The position numbers were made by a program, and so were the translations under genes. Shown one piece after another: positions 63,059 through 64,000 of a DNA stretch of 64,000 nucleotides. The stretch comes from Christensenella sp. UBA1428 (GTDB taxonomy: Bacteria > Bacillota > Clostridia > Christensenellales > UBA1750): assembly GCA_002329335.1 (NCBI GenBank), contig DCTY01000024.1, forward strand, positions 3,632 through 67,631, given 5' to 3'. The notes beneath the pieces were generated by a model. That model was not told the DNA's origin. It saw only the letters and a list, made by a program, of their open reading frames with translations, and ran no database searches. Positions within the stretch are counted from its first letter, which is position 1. Each line of letters starts with the position of its first letter.

Positions 63059-63310
63059 TTACTTGCCGAGTTTGGATAAAATCTGTTCGCGGAAAAAGGC
63101 GTCGAAGCCCTCGGGCGTCACGCCGGTAATGATTTGATCGTCCACCGTCACAGTCACCCCGACGCGGTTGCACTTGCCGGTGCAAAAGCTGCCGGCAAGT
63201 GCGACTTCGTCTGAAAGGTGATACTGTTCGATGGCCTGTTTCATCTTCTCAATCACTTGCCGCGATCCTTTGATGTGGCATGAGCTGCCGATGCAAACCT
63301 GCACAATCAT
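63059..63310 (-). CDS. Thioredoxin-like [2Fe-2S] ferredoxin domain protein (NuoE/HndA-like), copy 1
   Basis: MIVQVCIGSSCHIKG...FCTGKCNRV carries a 4-Cys pattern. ATG 63310 preferred, since AAAGGTG lies 8 nt upstream and it aligns with the paralogue start. Confidence 0.8.
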   Translation of the reverse strand: MIVQVCIGSSCHIKGSRQVIEKMKQAIEQYHLSDEVALAGSFCTGKCNRVGVTVTVDDQIITGVTPEGFDAFFREQILSKLGK

Positions 63311-63315
63311 GGTTT

Positions 63316-63555
63316 TCACACCTTTGCCAAAACTTCTTTTTCAAAAAACGCCTTGGTCGTTTCGGGCGACACGGAGAAAAATTCGTCGTCGCGCGTCACG
63401 CACACGCCCTTCTGGCATTTTCCCATGCAGAAGGTGCCTGCCAGCTCCACCTTGTCCTTCAGATTGTTCTGAGCGATCAGATACTGGAGCTCCTCCACAA
63501 CCTGCCGCGCGCCCTTCAGATGGCAGGAACTGCCGATACAAACGGTAACTTTCAT
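63316..63555 (-). CDS. Thioredoxin-like [2Fe-2S] ferredoxin domain protein, copy 2 (tandem paralogue)
   Basis: MKVTVCIGSSCHLKG...FCMGKCQKG. ATG 63555 with SD GGAGGG 7 nt upstream. Clearly paralogous to the adjacent gene. Confidence 0.8.
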   Translation of the reverse strand: MKVTVCIGSSCHLKGARQVVEELQYLIAQNNLKDKVELAGTFCMGKCQKGVCVTRDDEFFSVSPETTKAFFEKEVLAKV

Positions 63556-63585
63556 TGCAATGCCCTCCAAAATGCCTTTATTTGA

Positions 63586-64000
63586 TTATTGATATTCCAC
63601 CACACCGGTCCAGCTGAGCAGGAATTCGCGCTCCTGCGGCCGGCACACGACCGACTGCGCCGCCGCCACGATGGGCAGCCATTTTTGCACATACGGCTTG
63701 GCGGTGCCGCTGATGTCGCAGAACAGATCCAGGTACAGCTGCGCGCCCTGAATATCGCCCGCAAGCCAGAACAGCAGATAGGTTCTGGCCACATCGGCCG
63801 ACGCGTTGCCCTGGCTGGCATGGGACCAGTCCAGCACATACGGTTCGCCCTCGGGCGTCAGGATGATGTTGGACGGATTAAAATCGCCGTGGCAAAGCTT
63901 GTTGTGACGCGGCATGGACTCCAGCCGGGTATGCAGATCGTACCGGGTGGTATCGCCCACATCCGCCAGATCGATGCGCTCGGAAAGCTTGTCGCGCAGC
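63586..64000 (-). CDS. Aminoglycoside phosphotransferase (APH)/choline-kinase-like protein-kinase-fold protein (C-terminal part; gene continues beyond the right edge)
   Basis: Catalytic loop HGDFNPSNIIL and DWSHASQGNASADVA. The reading frame stays open from 63960 to 64000 (..LRDKLSERIDLADVGDT..), so the track start at 63960 is not the true start. Confidence 0.7.
   Translation of the reverse strand, partial: LRDKLSERIDLADVGDTTRYDLHTRLESMPRHNKLCHGDFNPSNIILTPEGEPYVLDWSHASQGNASADVARTYLLFWLAGDIQGAQLYLDLFCDISGTAKPYVQKWLPIVAAAQSVVCRPQEREFLLSWTGVVEYQ

Noticed and set aside
1-64000. Search for CRISPR arrays, tRNA/rRNA genes, transposases, integrases, prophage or defence genes, and in-frame TGA (selenocysteine) or frameshifted genes
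   Set aside because: I saw no regularly spaced direct repeats, no tRNA-like or rRNA-like sequence, and no recombinase, nuclease or helicase-type defence ORFs. No gene appears split by an internal stop. This was inspection by eye only, so small elements could have been missed.

Overview
Visibly GC-rich chromosomal segment, roughly 60% GC by eye (not computed), from a spore-forming Clostridia-type Firmicute. sigH, spoIIID, cotJABC, a LonB/LonC-type protease and the mrnC-rlmB-yacP-sigH cluster are all present. The style looks Oscillospiraceae/Ruminococcaceae-like, but the taxon cannot be proven here. I call about 58 densely packed protein genes, mostly core housekeeping:
- tig-clpP-clpX, a Lon-type protease and a YgiQ radical SAM gene
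- mrnC-thyX-rlmB-yacP-sigH
- glpK, and serS and ileS (divergent, each with a T-box leader)
- spoIIID-mreB/mbl, cotJABC and a SulP transporter
- a cobalamin-riboswitch-controlled BtuFCD-like importer operon
- small regulator modules: BlaI/BlaR1-like, PadR/DUF2812, MerR-RDD, DtxR/MntR and an orphan RHH
- carbohydrate-related genes: GH140-like, GH88/105-like and a 1185-aa LamG protein

I saw no rRNA, tRNA, CRISPR array, transposase, integrase or phage gene. Most long ORFs in the track that lie antisense to these genes are GC-driven shadow ORFs. Many ORF-track starts were moved to internal starts that have a Shine-Dalgarno (SD) sequence.

Most noteworthy loci:
1. 58.7-64 kb: an hfs-like sensory [FeFe]-hydrogenase / PP2C phosphatase operon with two tandem [2Fe-2S] ferredoxins and a kinase-fold gene directly upstream.
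2. 28.9-29.5 kb: a 560-nt gene-free interval. It holds a near-consensus orphan promoter, a candidate sRNA of about 105 nt that ends at a terminator and has an anti-SD loop, and further unexplained structured sequence.
3. 40.1-45.1 kb: flavoenzyme genes embedded in the B12-riboswitch importer operon.
4. 15.8-20.5 kb: a tightly coupled YgiQ / RACo-like / acyltransferase-like operon.

I did not find a convincing complete novel multi-gene system such as a defence island. All function calls rest on motif and family recognition by eye; no searches were run.
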